NCBI GenBank assembly: GCA_050084515.1
Contig: CM114271.1
Location: 26,350,001-26,414,000 of the forward strand
Length of the DNA stretch: 64,000 bases
From: Blasia pusilla
Taxonomy: Eukaryota
Direction: 5' to 3'
The notes under the pieces are model-generated. The model saw only the letters and a list, made by a program, of their open reading frames with translations. It had not been told where the DNA came from and searched no databases. Shown here piece by piece: positions 1 through 11,900 of the stretch; within the stretch, counting starts at the first letter, position 1, and every line of letters starts with the position of its first letter. The position numbers were made by a program, and so were the translations under genes.

Positions 1-429
1 TATTTTATTTGTACCATTTTCTTGTTACTGACCTTAATTACGTTTCACGCTAATTCTTCTCCTAATATTTTTATTCTTCAAAGTCTTTATGTTCCTTCTA
101 GCCCTCAAAGATTACATGATATGCTTTGAGTTACACGAGCCAATGGCCAAAGACGAAGGCATGCTGATCTAGTTGAGGCACATGATGGAGAACTAATTGG
201 TGATTCTCCAATAAGGAATAATATACCTCACAATAATTTTTCTCTTGGAATGGGTTATCTCGAGGTTCACACAGAAGTAAATGAAGATCCAATGTTTTAT
301 ACTTTTCCAAATGTGGCATGCGGAAGGGTTGTTGACTTTAAGAAGTTGGTGAATATCACGTATACATGAATTTGAAGAGAAAGGTATTTGAATTATTCCC
401 CTGACATATCTTATTGTTAGTATTACTGG

Positions 430-3400
430 CCATTATAGCACTGGATGTATGGATGATGTATGCTGAACTTGATAAGCGTTTCATTGGAAGTGTGCGAGAG
501 TAAAGTCGTCAAAGTTCCTAAGCTCTCCTTTGGGATGTGTTGTAAGCACAGTAAGATTCAATTCCCCTATTTAGAGGCTTCACATCCTTTTCTATTTTAC
601 TTGATTTTGGGTGTTATGTCAAATAATATGCATTTGTTGTGTAATGCATGTGCCTATAATAGCACACTTCAATTGGCATCCATCGAAGCACATGTTATAG
701 AGCATGGTGGTGGTGCAGGAAACTGAAGGATTCAAGATGGTATTTATCATGCTATTGGATCTCTTAATGCGAAGATGGGTGTTTCTCCTTAATTTGCAGA
801 AATTTATATTCATGATGATGAGTCTCAAATTGAACTGAGGAGAAGGATCATGACTCGAGATAACCGTGATCGATTGAGGGGATTATAAGACATGTTACAT
901 GTCCATAATCCATATGTTGCTATCTTTCGATATGTGGCCATGGACCCAGGTTATTTTTATACTCATATTTTTCTAAAGGGTAGTAAGTGTGGGCTTGATG
1001 CGCAATGGTCTATTTGCCTATTGCTTCACAAATTGATGCTATCTCGCATTGAGACAAAAGTGAGCCAAAAGAAGGACATGATATAATTGTGCGCTTATAC
1101 GGAGGAGAGATTTGTTAAATGTCTCACTTGAATGAGGCTTATATTCCATTGCAATTTGTATTGTCTTTTTTCTTTGGTGAAGTTGGTTGGAATCCTGACA
1201 TACCTATGCGCACGGGTAATCTTAGAAGAAATGCGATGAGAAGAGGGCATGTTGTGATGGAGGAAGATGGAGGTAAGGATGTTAACCACAATGTACCACA
1301 GGGAATAGAAGAAGAGCCACTTTAAGATGGAGAGATTACTAATGAAGCATGTTCAAAGACTATCACTACTCTACAATTTGCTTTATTTTGACTTTGAGTA
1401 CGAGCTGATATTGAAGATCATGACAGGTTGTCAAGGTTCGGTTGTCTTACTAAAGAATATATGGTAGGTATGGATGCAAGTATTGAGATGCAATGATTAA
1501 CTTGGATACGGTTACATCAAAGGGAGTTGAGAGCTTATTTATATCAAGGTGTGAGAGATGCTATGACTAGGCATGGTAATGATGGTCATGCCATAGGGAG
1601 GCGAGTCATTTTACCTTCCTCTTTTATAAGAGGACCTTGACACATGCATAAATTTTATCATGGTGCCCTGAAAATTGTGAGACATTTTGGTAAGCCATAC
1701 TACTGTCTGACTATGACTTACAACCCTTAGTGGCTAGAAATTACTTTTGCTCTACTTCATGGTCGAACAGCCTTCGATTGTTCTGACTTGGTTGTAAGCG
1801 TTTCCAAAAAAAAAACAAAAAAGTTATTGAGGCTTATAGTGGAAAAGCATATTTTGGGTCAAGTTGTGGGATGTATTCATGTAGTGGAGTTTCAAAAGAA
1901 GGATCTATCACATGTGCATATTTTCATTCTTCTTGCCTCAAAGGATAGCCAAGGAAAACCTCTGATTTTGATGATATTATAACTAATGAGATTCTTGATT
2001 CCACTACAAATCCGAAAATTTACTAGATTATGAGAAATTTTACGATACATGGACCATGTGGAGTACTTCATCCAATTACGCCGTGTACAGACAAAACCAC
2101 AAAAAATTGTTCAAAGGCTTCCAAATGCGTTTTACATCCATGACAATGAAGAATGAGGATGGTTATCTTATTTATAAGCAATAATCTTGTTTACCTTTGA
2201 TTTCAAAATTTTTAATGGTTATATTAATTCAAGTTTTCTTGAAGTGCTAACATATTCCTATATTTTTGTTTATGTAGGTATAATAATGGCATATAGATTA
2301 ATAAGTCAAATAATGACTTTGAGATTTGTTGGGTGTTCCCTATAATTCTATGTTATATACCTTATTTGATTGCCATATCAACTTGGAGATAACGTTTAGC
2401 ATATCGATAGTGAAGTAGTTGTACAAGTGTGTATACATGGGATTATATGCCATATCTTATAACTTGGAAAAAAGCACAATAATGGAAGATATTATTGACG
2501 AAACATCGTTATACCTTGATGCGAGGTGTGTAGGATTTCTTTTTTCACTATTCTATTATATAAATATTTTAGAATATTGAAAGGTTGGATTTTGTCTTTA
2601 AAGGTATGTTTCGTCTTTGAAAGCACGTTGGCAAATTTTCAAGTTTAGTTTACATATTGAGCAACAAAGTATTATGAGATTAAATTTTCATCTTCCACAT
2701 AGCCAGATGGTATATTTTTGTGATCGATTCACTGGGTAAGATTCTTGAGCGGGGTAAGAATACAACTCTCACGCAATGATTTATAACTAATATTTCCGAT
2801 ACTACGGCTCGACAACACATTTATTTGAAATTCCCTTATCATTATTCTTGGACTAAACATAGATGATCTTGACGTACACATGTAAGGAAAGAGTGTGGAT
2901 ACCTCGTCAAACGTTTATATGGGACTAACCTATGTGAACATTCTCTTATATGTGTCGATCCGAAGTGTATAAAAGATTCAGTTAATCTAATAGAATGGTT
3001 TATATTTGTTGTAAAATTATGTAGATGAAGGGCAGCCTTTTTGGTTACAATTACTTCTCCATTATGTGAGTGGAGCTTAATCATATGAAGATTTTAGAAC
3101 GATTGATGGTTTTGTCTATCCTACTTTTAAGGAACCATCTTTTAGGATGAGACTAGTAGTAGAAGATGAAAAGGAGGTATTTTCTTGTTTTGAAGAAGTG
3201 GTTGAAATTCGTACTGGTTACTCCTTGCGTCTACTATTCGTTATCACTCTTTTATACAACACCCCGCTTGTACCTAGTGTGGTGTGGGAACGCTTCGCAG
3301 TTCCATTGACGGAAGATCTTTTACATCAAAGTCATGAGGTAATTTGCATGCCTTTTTTAAATTATGATTTATTATTTTTTGTTGTTTTTTTTTTACTTCT

Positions 3401-5549
3401 TTCATCTTTAAGTTCTTTTTGTTGGTAATTTTCTACAGAGAATTGGGATTCTTGATCTTGCCTTGGGCATGCAAACAATCAATCTTTCTTTATTTTTTTG
3501 TCCATTACCATCTTCAAGATCATGGTAAAAGTATGGCATATTTTTTTGACATGCATCAACGTGATTTTTTTTGTTTGGGATTTATCGATCTCGCGCTTAG
3601 AGGAAGAAGAGCTTTGCTACGATCTCGATATGTTTGCAAAACTTGCTGAATGAGGAGAGACCTCTAAAAATAATGGACATCGAGCTATTTGGGATTTTTT
3701 CCATCTTCTTTTTGAGGAGGTGTTAAATAATGTGCCACATTCTGTAAGTACATTTCATTTATTTTATGTTATTAAAAGATCTTCATCTAATTTTTTTTTC
3801 TTTTAAATAACTTGTTGCTAAGTATGGTTTTCTTAGACAAAGTTATTTTTTATTGATGGTCCTAATGAAATGAGGAAAACATTTCTATACAATCTTCTCC
3901 TTGCTAGGGTGTGAAGCAATGGTTTTATAGCTCTTGCAGTTGAGCTCCGGGGATAGCTGCTTTATTATTGGATGGAGGGCGCACAACACATCATCTATTC
4001 TCGATTTTCTATTCGAATTCAGACACGTGAATCATCCACTTGCATGTAAGTTTATGTTTAAGACTTTGCTAGCATTTTACTTCCTTCCTTAATATTATGT
4101 TTTCGTTCTTGTTTTTTTACTCGTATAGATTATGAATCAATATTTGTTTACTTTTTTAATTTGTAGTGTGTTTTCTAGCCTATCAATTAATAGTCAAGTA
4201 GCATAACTTATAAAAAAAATGTAAAATTGATCGTGTGGGGTGAAACCGCTATGACACACCGTCACGATTTAGAGGTTGTTGGGGATTATTTTCAAAGATA
4301 CCATGGGTTTGGTGAATCCTCGATTGCGAGAATTGCCATTTGGAGGCAAGAAATTTATATTTGGTGATGACTTCCGACAACTTATTCGTGTTTTTCGTCC
4401 TTGTGTTGTACATGCAACTCTTGAGAGATATCTTATTTGGTTTCATGTGAGAGTACTGTAATTCACTACCAACATGAACTCACTATTGTGAACTATTTAC
4501 AAGGTTATACTGATAAATCCTTCTATTTTTCTTCTTTTACTATATGCATTTCTTATCAAGAAAAACTAATTTTTTTCATACATTTGCTTAGGATGAGTAT
4601 AGCATGAGCAAGACACATTTGCAAACTAGGTATTGAAGGTTGGCAAGGATTCAATCATGTTGCATTCTGACCTTGGAGATGATTTTATACAAATTCCTCA
4701 TACGATGATCGTTAATAGCATAAGACTTAATAATGTGATAGACATTGTCTGTGGACGTGATATCGACAAGTGGAATGATATTGAGTTCTTGAGGGGTACA
4801 TATATTCTTTCAATAAAGAATACTATCATGGACTTTAAAAATACCAAAATTATGTCGCAATTTCTTGGAGAGGTCATTTTATTAAGTTATCAAATACCAT
4901 GAATTTATTTAATAGAATGATATTTTTTTGTGGTATTATTATGAGTTTTGCTTTCGATTCTAATGATTGTTTCTCTTTTTTCATGAGCACATTTTTTAAA
5001 GTGCAAATTTTGTTTTTGACGATGGAATGACGCTTGTATATCCAAAATAATTTTCAAATACATGTTTGCCATCAAGACTACCACAACATTTTTTAACTTT
5101 GAAGATTGGAGCTCCGATCATGCTATTACGAAATATGGATGGAGCAAAAGAGACTCGCTTGGTCAATATTGGATTTGGTCGACATGTTATAGGTGCGGTA
5201 ATTATGACCGGAAGAAATGTTGGAGCTCGAGTATTAATTCAACGCATTCCATTCATCGCATCTGATTCAAGTTTATCTTTTAAATTACGACGATCTTAAT
5301 TTTCTATTCGTCTAGCCTTTGCAATGCAAATTATTAAGTCTCAAGATGAAACATTAGTTAGATTTGGCATTTTACTTGCCGAATCATGTATTTCCCCTGA
5401 ATCATGTATTTTTTCAGGGGAAATTTTATGCCTCCCTAATTAAAGTAGGTTCTAGCAATTCAATTCATATGATGGTAGATAGTTAACATCCAACAAACAA
5501 AGTCAGAGCTTATACTAGAAATGTTGTATATCATGAAGAGCTACATTGA
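430..5549 (+). mobile_element. Degenerate Helitron RepHel (HUH replication initiator plus PIF1-like helicase) pseudogene with introns
   Basis: Colinear motifs broken by stops and frameshifts: CCKHSKIQFP/YNSTLQLAS (~540-680); IGRRVILPSSFIRGP*HM...IVRHFGKP...TYNP*WLEI (~1590-1745); HUH-like VVEFQKKDLSHVHIFILL (~1880-1935); LLLHYVSGA*SYEDFRTIDG (~3050-3110); helicase FFIDGP...KTFLYN and GIAALLLDGGRTTH (~3845-3990); PFGGKKFIFGDDFRQL; LPQHFLTLKIGAPIMLLRN; RLAFAMQIIKSQ; TRNVVYHEEL. AT-rich GT..AG spacers interrupt it. Termini not identified. Confidence 0.93.
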
Positions 5550-5999
5550 AAAAAATACAAGGATATAGTTATGCATATTTTCTAACTCTTTGTTTTGATT
5601 AAAATATTATACTATGAATGATTATTATAAGAATTATTTAAATTAACATAGTGCGGGGTTGCCAATAAAAACATTGATTTGGAGGAAAGGAAATATTTTA
5701 TCAAAAGTGAATGTCATACTTCACCCTTTGTCTTTGACACCGATTTTCATCCGCTATGTTTGGTCCAATTGTGAGTCCATGGAAGTGGGATCTTCTTGCA
5801 AGTTAAGTTTTGAGTCCATGCCCGGATCCTAAATGGGCATTCTTACTGGTTTATACCAAATGCAGTAGAATGCTCTCAAGTGCATTTATGGTAGAAATTT
5901 TGGAGGTGATGCATAGCGGCTCAAATGCAAGCCTGAAATACTTACATTTATTTTAGACGTGATTGGTATAATCTGATTTTTTAAAACTCAAGCGTGTCT

Positions 6000-8008
6000 A
6001 CCCAAAAGACGTGTACCACCCCTTTGCAAGGTCTAAAATGCGTAAACATGAAAACGTGAGAAACACTCGTCCGTCCCTTACAAATAAAACACGGGTTGCC
6101 TCTAACAAATTCGCGAGTAAGTTGAAAAGTGCCCGAAACAAGTTCGAAAAGCCGTGCGGAGTACTCCCGATCGCGAACGCAACAGAAAGCAAACGCCGAC
6201 GTCGGAAAGTTCACGGAACGCCGAGGGCGGAGCAGCGGAGCTATCCCGTGGCCTAGTGTCACGAGTGCCCCACATATGTCCGCGAACAAGTGCAGCGGAC
6301 GCGAACGTCTCGTGGCAAGGTGCCCCATAATGTCCGTGCTAAATAAACGTTGGAGGCGGTGGCGTGGCAGGGCAGGTGGCTTGCACCACCCTTTTCGCGT
6401 TTCGTGTTGGCTGTGAGTCCGCGGAGCCAGAGGTGGAGGAGGGGCCGGTCCGAAGGGAAGCCTTCGGAGGACTTCTTCCCCGAGCTGGAATGGCCGTTAT
6501 GACGAAAAGGGATAACGTAAGTCGTAGGAACGAAGGGTTTTGACATGCCGTTATGACGAAAAGGAATGCGCGCTGGTGTCGATTGTTAGGAGTAAGTAGA
6601 CTGGAACTGGAATGTAGAGGAGTGGAGGAATCTGGGATTCGGAATTGGGGCGAGTTGAATGTGAGCGAATCCATTTCGTGCACTATTTCAGACTGAGGAG
6701 TAGATTCTTCGGAAGGTCAAGGGTGGAGGGGAGGGGAGGGGAGGGGGGGGGCAGGACTCAGGAGGAGTGCTGTACACAAAAGCTCAGATGGTTGGATATT
6801 TTGCACAGTAGGCAGCAGCAGGAGGAGCAGCGGCGGCAGGAGGAGCAGAGGAGAAGAGGGGGGGGGCGGCCGCGCGGGCGAGCGTGCTTCCCGAAGGGAG
6901 AGCCACTGTCGTGTGATATGTGGCGGATGTGTACAAATGCGGTGTGGAGCGAGCTCGGGTCTCGGGTCCAGAGTACCACCACCGTATAAGACTGACACAC
7001 GAGTCCGCTTTGCCGCTGCCGCTGCTGCTGCCGCACAGCCCAATGAGGCCCTCCATGGCTGTGAGACTGACGGACTGCCTGCCGGTAAACACTACCAGCA
7101 TTTCAGAAGTCCGCCTTTAGCATTGCTCCGGCGCGTCGACGGCTGGCCATCATCACCGTCGTTCCGTACCATGCGAGCCCGGCCGAGGCACGGTCGCTCG
7201 TAGTGAGGCTGGAGAGAGAGAGGAGTTCCGGCAGGTGTCGTAATCGGAAGAGAGAAATTAGCCACAGAGGCAGAGCGAGGAGCGAGCCAGAGTCGTTGCG
7301 ACGACCAGGAACAAGAGGACGAGAGAAAGAAGAAAACGAACAAGATGCCTACCACAATTGAGCATAGGTCCGAGATATCGGGCTGATTCTCAGGACGCGG
7401 CGTATGTTTTGCGCGCTCTCCGCCTACCCCCGCCCTCCAGTTCAGCGATGCCTGTCTCAGTTTTCTCCCGTCTGGTTGTACTCTCAGAGGAGGCGCGTTT
7501 GTCCTCCTCCTCCGGGAGGAAGGACAGCTGAGGAGAGCAAGTCGAGTGGAAAAGTAGGCACGGAGGGGGTGGGGTGTGGGGCGGGCTGGGCTGTGGTGTG
7601 GTGCTGGGGTTGGCGCATGACGTGTTGGGCCTCAAAGTCGAAGCCGAAAGAGGATGTCGGGTTTGTCCGATTCTCCAGCCGAAGAAATGGTACGCACGTA
7701 AACCGTTGTTGGTTGAACAAATGTAAACAGAGAGACAGGCTCGACTGGGCGCCACGGCACCATCATTCCGAGGAACGCTGGCTGACAGATTGTAAGCGCT
7801 CGACTACATGGAGTGTGTGAACTACGTCATTCTGTTTCCTAGAGCTGACAATTTGGAGCTCCATTCTCAGTAAGCAGGGGACCTCGTCCTCCGGGCCGAT
7901 GTGTTTCCAACTCTCGCAAAACCCTGGGTTTGGGACGAGTACTCCGCAAATCCTTTGAACCGGGAAGCTCTTTACCCTCTGCTTTCTGCTCTCCGATGTC
8001 CTGGAGCA
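6000..8008 (+). promoter_or_regulatory. GC-rich promoter and long 5' leader of SPL gene A
   Basis: Abrupt change from AT-rich TE sequence to GC/CpG-rich sequence at ~6000; TATA-like TATAAG at ~6984; (GCC/GCT)n run at ~7010-7033. TSS and any 5'UTR intron cannot be fixed from sequence. Confidence 0.5.
6493..6564. promoter_or_regulatory. Exact 18-bp direct repeat GCCGTTATGACGAAAAGG containing TGACG, upstream of SPL gene A
   Basis: Copies at 6493-6510 and 6547-6564 inside the GC-rich island upstream of gene A. TGACG is a bZIP/TGA half-site; function is inferred only. Confidence 0.4.
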
Positions 8009-8988
8009 ATGGCGGATGCCAAAAATTCTGGGGCAGCTCAATCACCTAGTAATGGGTTTCAGTGCAAGGCTCCCGAACCCCGCAACCAGCACACGAAAGA
8101 GAGCAGCCGCTCGTCGTCGCCTCAGCTGCCGTTCGGACGTCCGCATCCTCTCATGGCTCCGCAGCTACCATCACTGAACGCAGGGCAGTCTCACCCCTCC
8201 AACGGCGCATGGGCCACTGCTGTCTGGGAGCATGCTCCCAACATCTCAGAGGCCATGGAAGGGTCGAACGGAGCTCCCTCGGAGTACAACGTAGAACGAA
8301 CATTGGACTGGGAAGTTAAGAGCTCGCCCTGGGACTGGGAGAACATGAGCGCGATGTTCTCCAGTCGGGGAGGAGGCGAGGCGCATTCTTCCAAAGGGCC
8401 CTCTTACACAGTCTGTCACAGCTCCGTTAGCCGATCCGTCGCGTGCAATGCTGGTGAGTGGGGTAGCAGAAGCTCCTTCACGAAAGCTGAGAGCGAACAC
8501 CGCAGTGACACTACGCAGGAGTCAACCAGGCTCGGAGACCTCGTCGTTGAGCGGAGAGCCTCTCCGCAAAGGTCAGTAGTGACCATGGATCAGCAGCGAA
8601 AACTGGTACTCGGCCTTGGAGGGCCGGGGAGTTCTGCGGAGGGGAGAAGACCATACGGCCGCGAAGATTGTAACCGGGAATCTCCAAAGGTCGGAGTCGC
8701 TGATTCGCTCATGGGTTTGAAGCTCGGGAGGCGAATGTACTATGAAGATTTCGGAAGCGTTCGCGGAGATGGTGCGGCAGCTGTATTTGCAGTATGTCCT
8801 CCGGGGAAGAAACAGCGTGTGCAGTCTCCAGGAGTCCAGGTTCCCCGATGCCAAGTGGAGGGCTGCAAGCAAGATTTGTCCTCAGCCAAAGACTATCATC
8901 GAAGACACAAAGTTTGTGACATGCACTCTAAAGCAACGAAAGTAATGGCTGCAGGCATTGAACAGCGCTTCTGTCAGCAATGCAGTCG
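8009..8988 (+). CDS. SPL: SPL gene A exon 1 (N-terminus and first part of the SBP domain)
   Basis: Ends TGC AGT CG|GTGCAA (phase 2) at the canonical SBP intron position. Confidence 0.92.
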
Positions 8989-11900
8989 GTGCAAAACCAA
9001 CCCAATGCTGCTTTCTTTTCTACTATCTATCGACTTTCTAAGCTTAATTGACCGTCAACACCGGCGGCTCAATGCCAGGAGTATGCTTGGTCTCAGAATC
9101 TAGTATCGTATTTAGGTCTATCTGGCAACAAAGAATGCCCGCTGAATGGGCTGCGTATTGCGTCTGTTATGCTTGATCGATTGTTTCCCATTGTCAGTAG
9201 CATCCCAAGGAAACACGTGATGTTCTGGCAGTCCTCATACGTTCACAGTCCCTGCCCTCAACGCTAGACAGATCTTTCCGTGGAGGTTTTTTTGTTTTTG
9301 TTTTTTTTTTCTACATTCTTCTTGGCCATTGTGCACGGCCGCTGCTTGTATGGACGATTTCCTGCAGATACTCGTCATCAGTGGCGGATAGAGGAAAAAT
9401 CACGAAGTCGCCTTGGAGAGTTTGAAGCTTTGCGCTTTCTGCTTTCGATCCGATATCACTGGTTGCACGTCGTGTGGCTGAAGCAGGGATGCTGGCTGGG
9501 TTATTGGTGGAGCCTATCAGAATGGTGATTAGCTTACCATTAGAAGACTCATTCTATGGAGCCAATTGAACGACTTTATCGTCGTCTCCTTTGATCACTT
9601 ACGTGAGAGTAGTCTCCCAGACTGTCAGCCATCAGCTCGTCGCATCCTGACTTTTACTACGCCAATGTGAACCGCCCATCCTTTTTGGGAGACACTTTCG
9701 ATTTTGTGCGTGCGTTGTGGAGTGTCTGCGGTTGGGCCCGACTGTTGTTGGCAGGAGTCAATGACCCTATGCCCACCCAGGATCGGATATCTGTGATCTA
9801 CTATCGAAGGCACTTTTGTCTTCAGTGTTCGGCATACTAAAACACCCTTCTTAGGACTAATCACGCACAGATATTGAGCTGGGCTGAGAATGAGTGCTTC
9901 CATTTTCAGGCTATGACAGTACCTCTCGTTTCGGAATACACTCTCCATGTGCAGGGTAGGTAAGACTCGAAAATATTGTTTTGCCAAGCTTATTCGTTAA
10001 GTTGTTACTTGCGCCGGAAGCTGGGCGCTAGGACTGTCCCAACTGAAAGCTTTAAGTGTCATTATCTTTCAAGTTGGGGGAGCTTTGTAGCTTTGACATA
10101 TTTCAAGAGGTAACCGAGTTCATTACCCTCATGTCTTTTTTCTAGCTCGTTCTTGGGCCCATACACAATGTTGGACATGATGTTAGCCGAATGTTGAGTA
10201 TTCATGAAGGCAATGAAATATCTGTAGCGCAAGGCGTGGATATCTGCCGGAATATTTTTCTGGTTGTCAATATGCTCCCTTGGTCTTCTCTGATTCTTGT
10301 TATCACTCTTTCTTCGGACTGCTTTTGAACTTGTTCGTCTTCTGTAACTTTTGACCATATTTTGTCTCATAACTTAGGCCGGGATCACACTTATTCACAC
10401 AGCTTTATGTGTTCTGTTGGATGTCCTCTCCTTTGAACTGCTTAACTTTTCTCTTTACAGTGAATACTTGAAAACCTAGCGTGGTAGATATGGGTTGAAG
10501 TTGCTTTTGTTAGTTGGTTTAACATGAGAAGTCTTTTCATTTCCAGCCTTGTCTCATGTAGTATCTACTAGTGGCATTTGGGCAGCAGGTGGGTGTGATT
10601 CTTTAAGGGTCGGTCTCAACTCGCGCAAACCTTATGGTTAGATGAGAAGGTATCCATCGCATGTGTGGAAGTCAGTGGACTGTTTTTCCTGTGGCAATAC
10701 GTTTTCTTTTTCTTGCCTTGTTTCAGACGGCTTCATATCAAATTTCTCACATATGACAAACTTCCTATGTGGCATGGTCAGTTTTCATGTGTTGACAGAG
10801 TTTGATGAAGGAAAGAGGAGCTGTAGGAGGAGATTGGCAGGACACAATGAACGTCGCCGCAAGCCTCAGCCTGAGTCTGCTGCTATAGCCTCCACTGGGA
10901 GCTCTGCAGCACTCCACGGCGAGTGTGGATCACATGGGACTATTGGCAATGGTGAAGGTCATGCATCTTGGCTTTACTTTCTTAGTTCTCTGTTTTCATG
11001 ATCTTATCTTCTTTGGCTGACTATCTCTTCATTTTTTCAGCCAGATGTAATTGTTGCCCAAAATTTTTGATAGTTGTTCTCAAGAATACGTGAAGGCCTG
11101 TGTTTGCGTTCCATTGGCCACGTCGTTCCCTAATGTAGTGGCACACTGGTTTGGACTTGAATTGTGCATGTCACCGGATGTTTATTCTGAGAACTGTATA
11201 TCCAAGAGGTAACATTAGAGGATATTGCTGGGAACTAGGGAGAAAGTTTTGTGGAGTTCCAGTTCACCATTACAGGAGTCTGACATTTCACCCCTAAGCC
11301 AGTGATGTAAACCAAATTTGCCCTGATATGGTTCAGGCCTGGTGTGGTTTACGGTAGGTTAGCAACTATGTAGATTATGGTTTGTTGAGGTGTCCAGGAT
11401 GATCACCTTCCACTATGATGGTGCCATCTTTATGGCTTTTAACTTATCCCTTTGGTAGTCCTCACTAGACACTCTGCTTTTTGGTCTTAATATGAGGTCT
11501 ATTTCTTCTTTTCTTTGGATCTCGTTCCATAAGCCAATTATACTCTGCTGTTTGCTGCTACTGAAACTTTGGCAAGGAATGGTTGCGAATCACTTCTTAT
11601 TCAGGCAAGGAACTTCGTTATGCATATCTTTAAAGCAGGATTCGCCTGCAAAACCAAAAGCTCTCTTTACATTTGTGATCGTGTAGGTACTGTGGTTTAT
11701 TGTCAGTCAAGTGAAGTGAAACATTTGTTCTGGTGTTGAACCCTGAGCACTGTTAAGGTAAGGTACATAGCTTGGATGAAAGTGATAACTGGAGCAAATG
11801 TATGTAAATAGGATGGTGTGGAAGGCACCCTTAAAATCAAGTTCGGTCCCAAAATTACTGGAAAACTGTCAGCATGGTGATTGCTAGAGGCTTCGAGAAA

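Noticed and set aside
5981-7820. Overlapping ORFs upstream of gene A
   Set aside because: Same GC-island artefact; no domain signal.
7901-9103. 400-aa ORF as a complete single-exon protein
   Set aside because: Starts at GTG and reads into intron 1 after CQQCSR; the SBP domain is completed by the exon at 10782.
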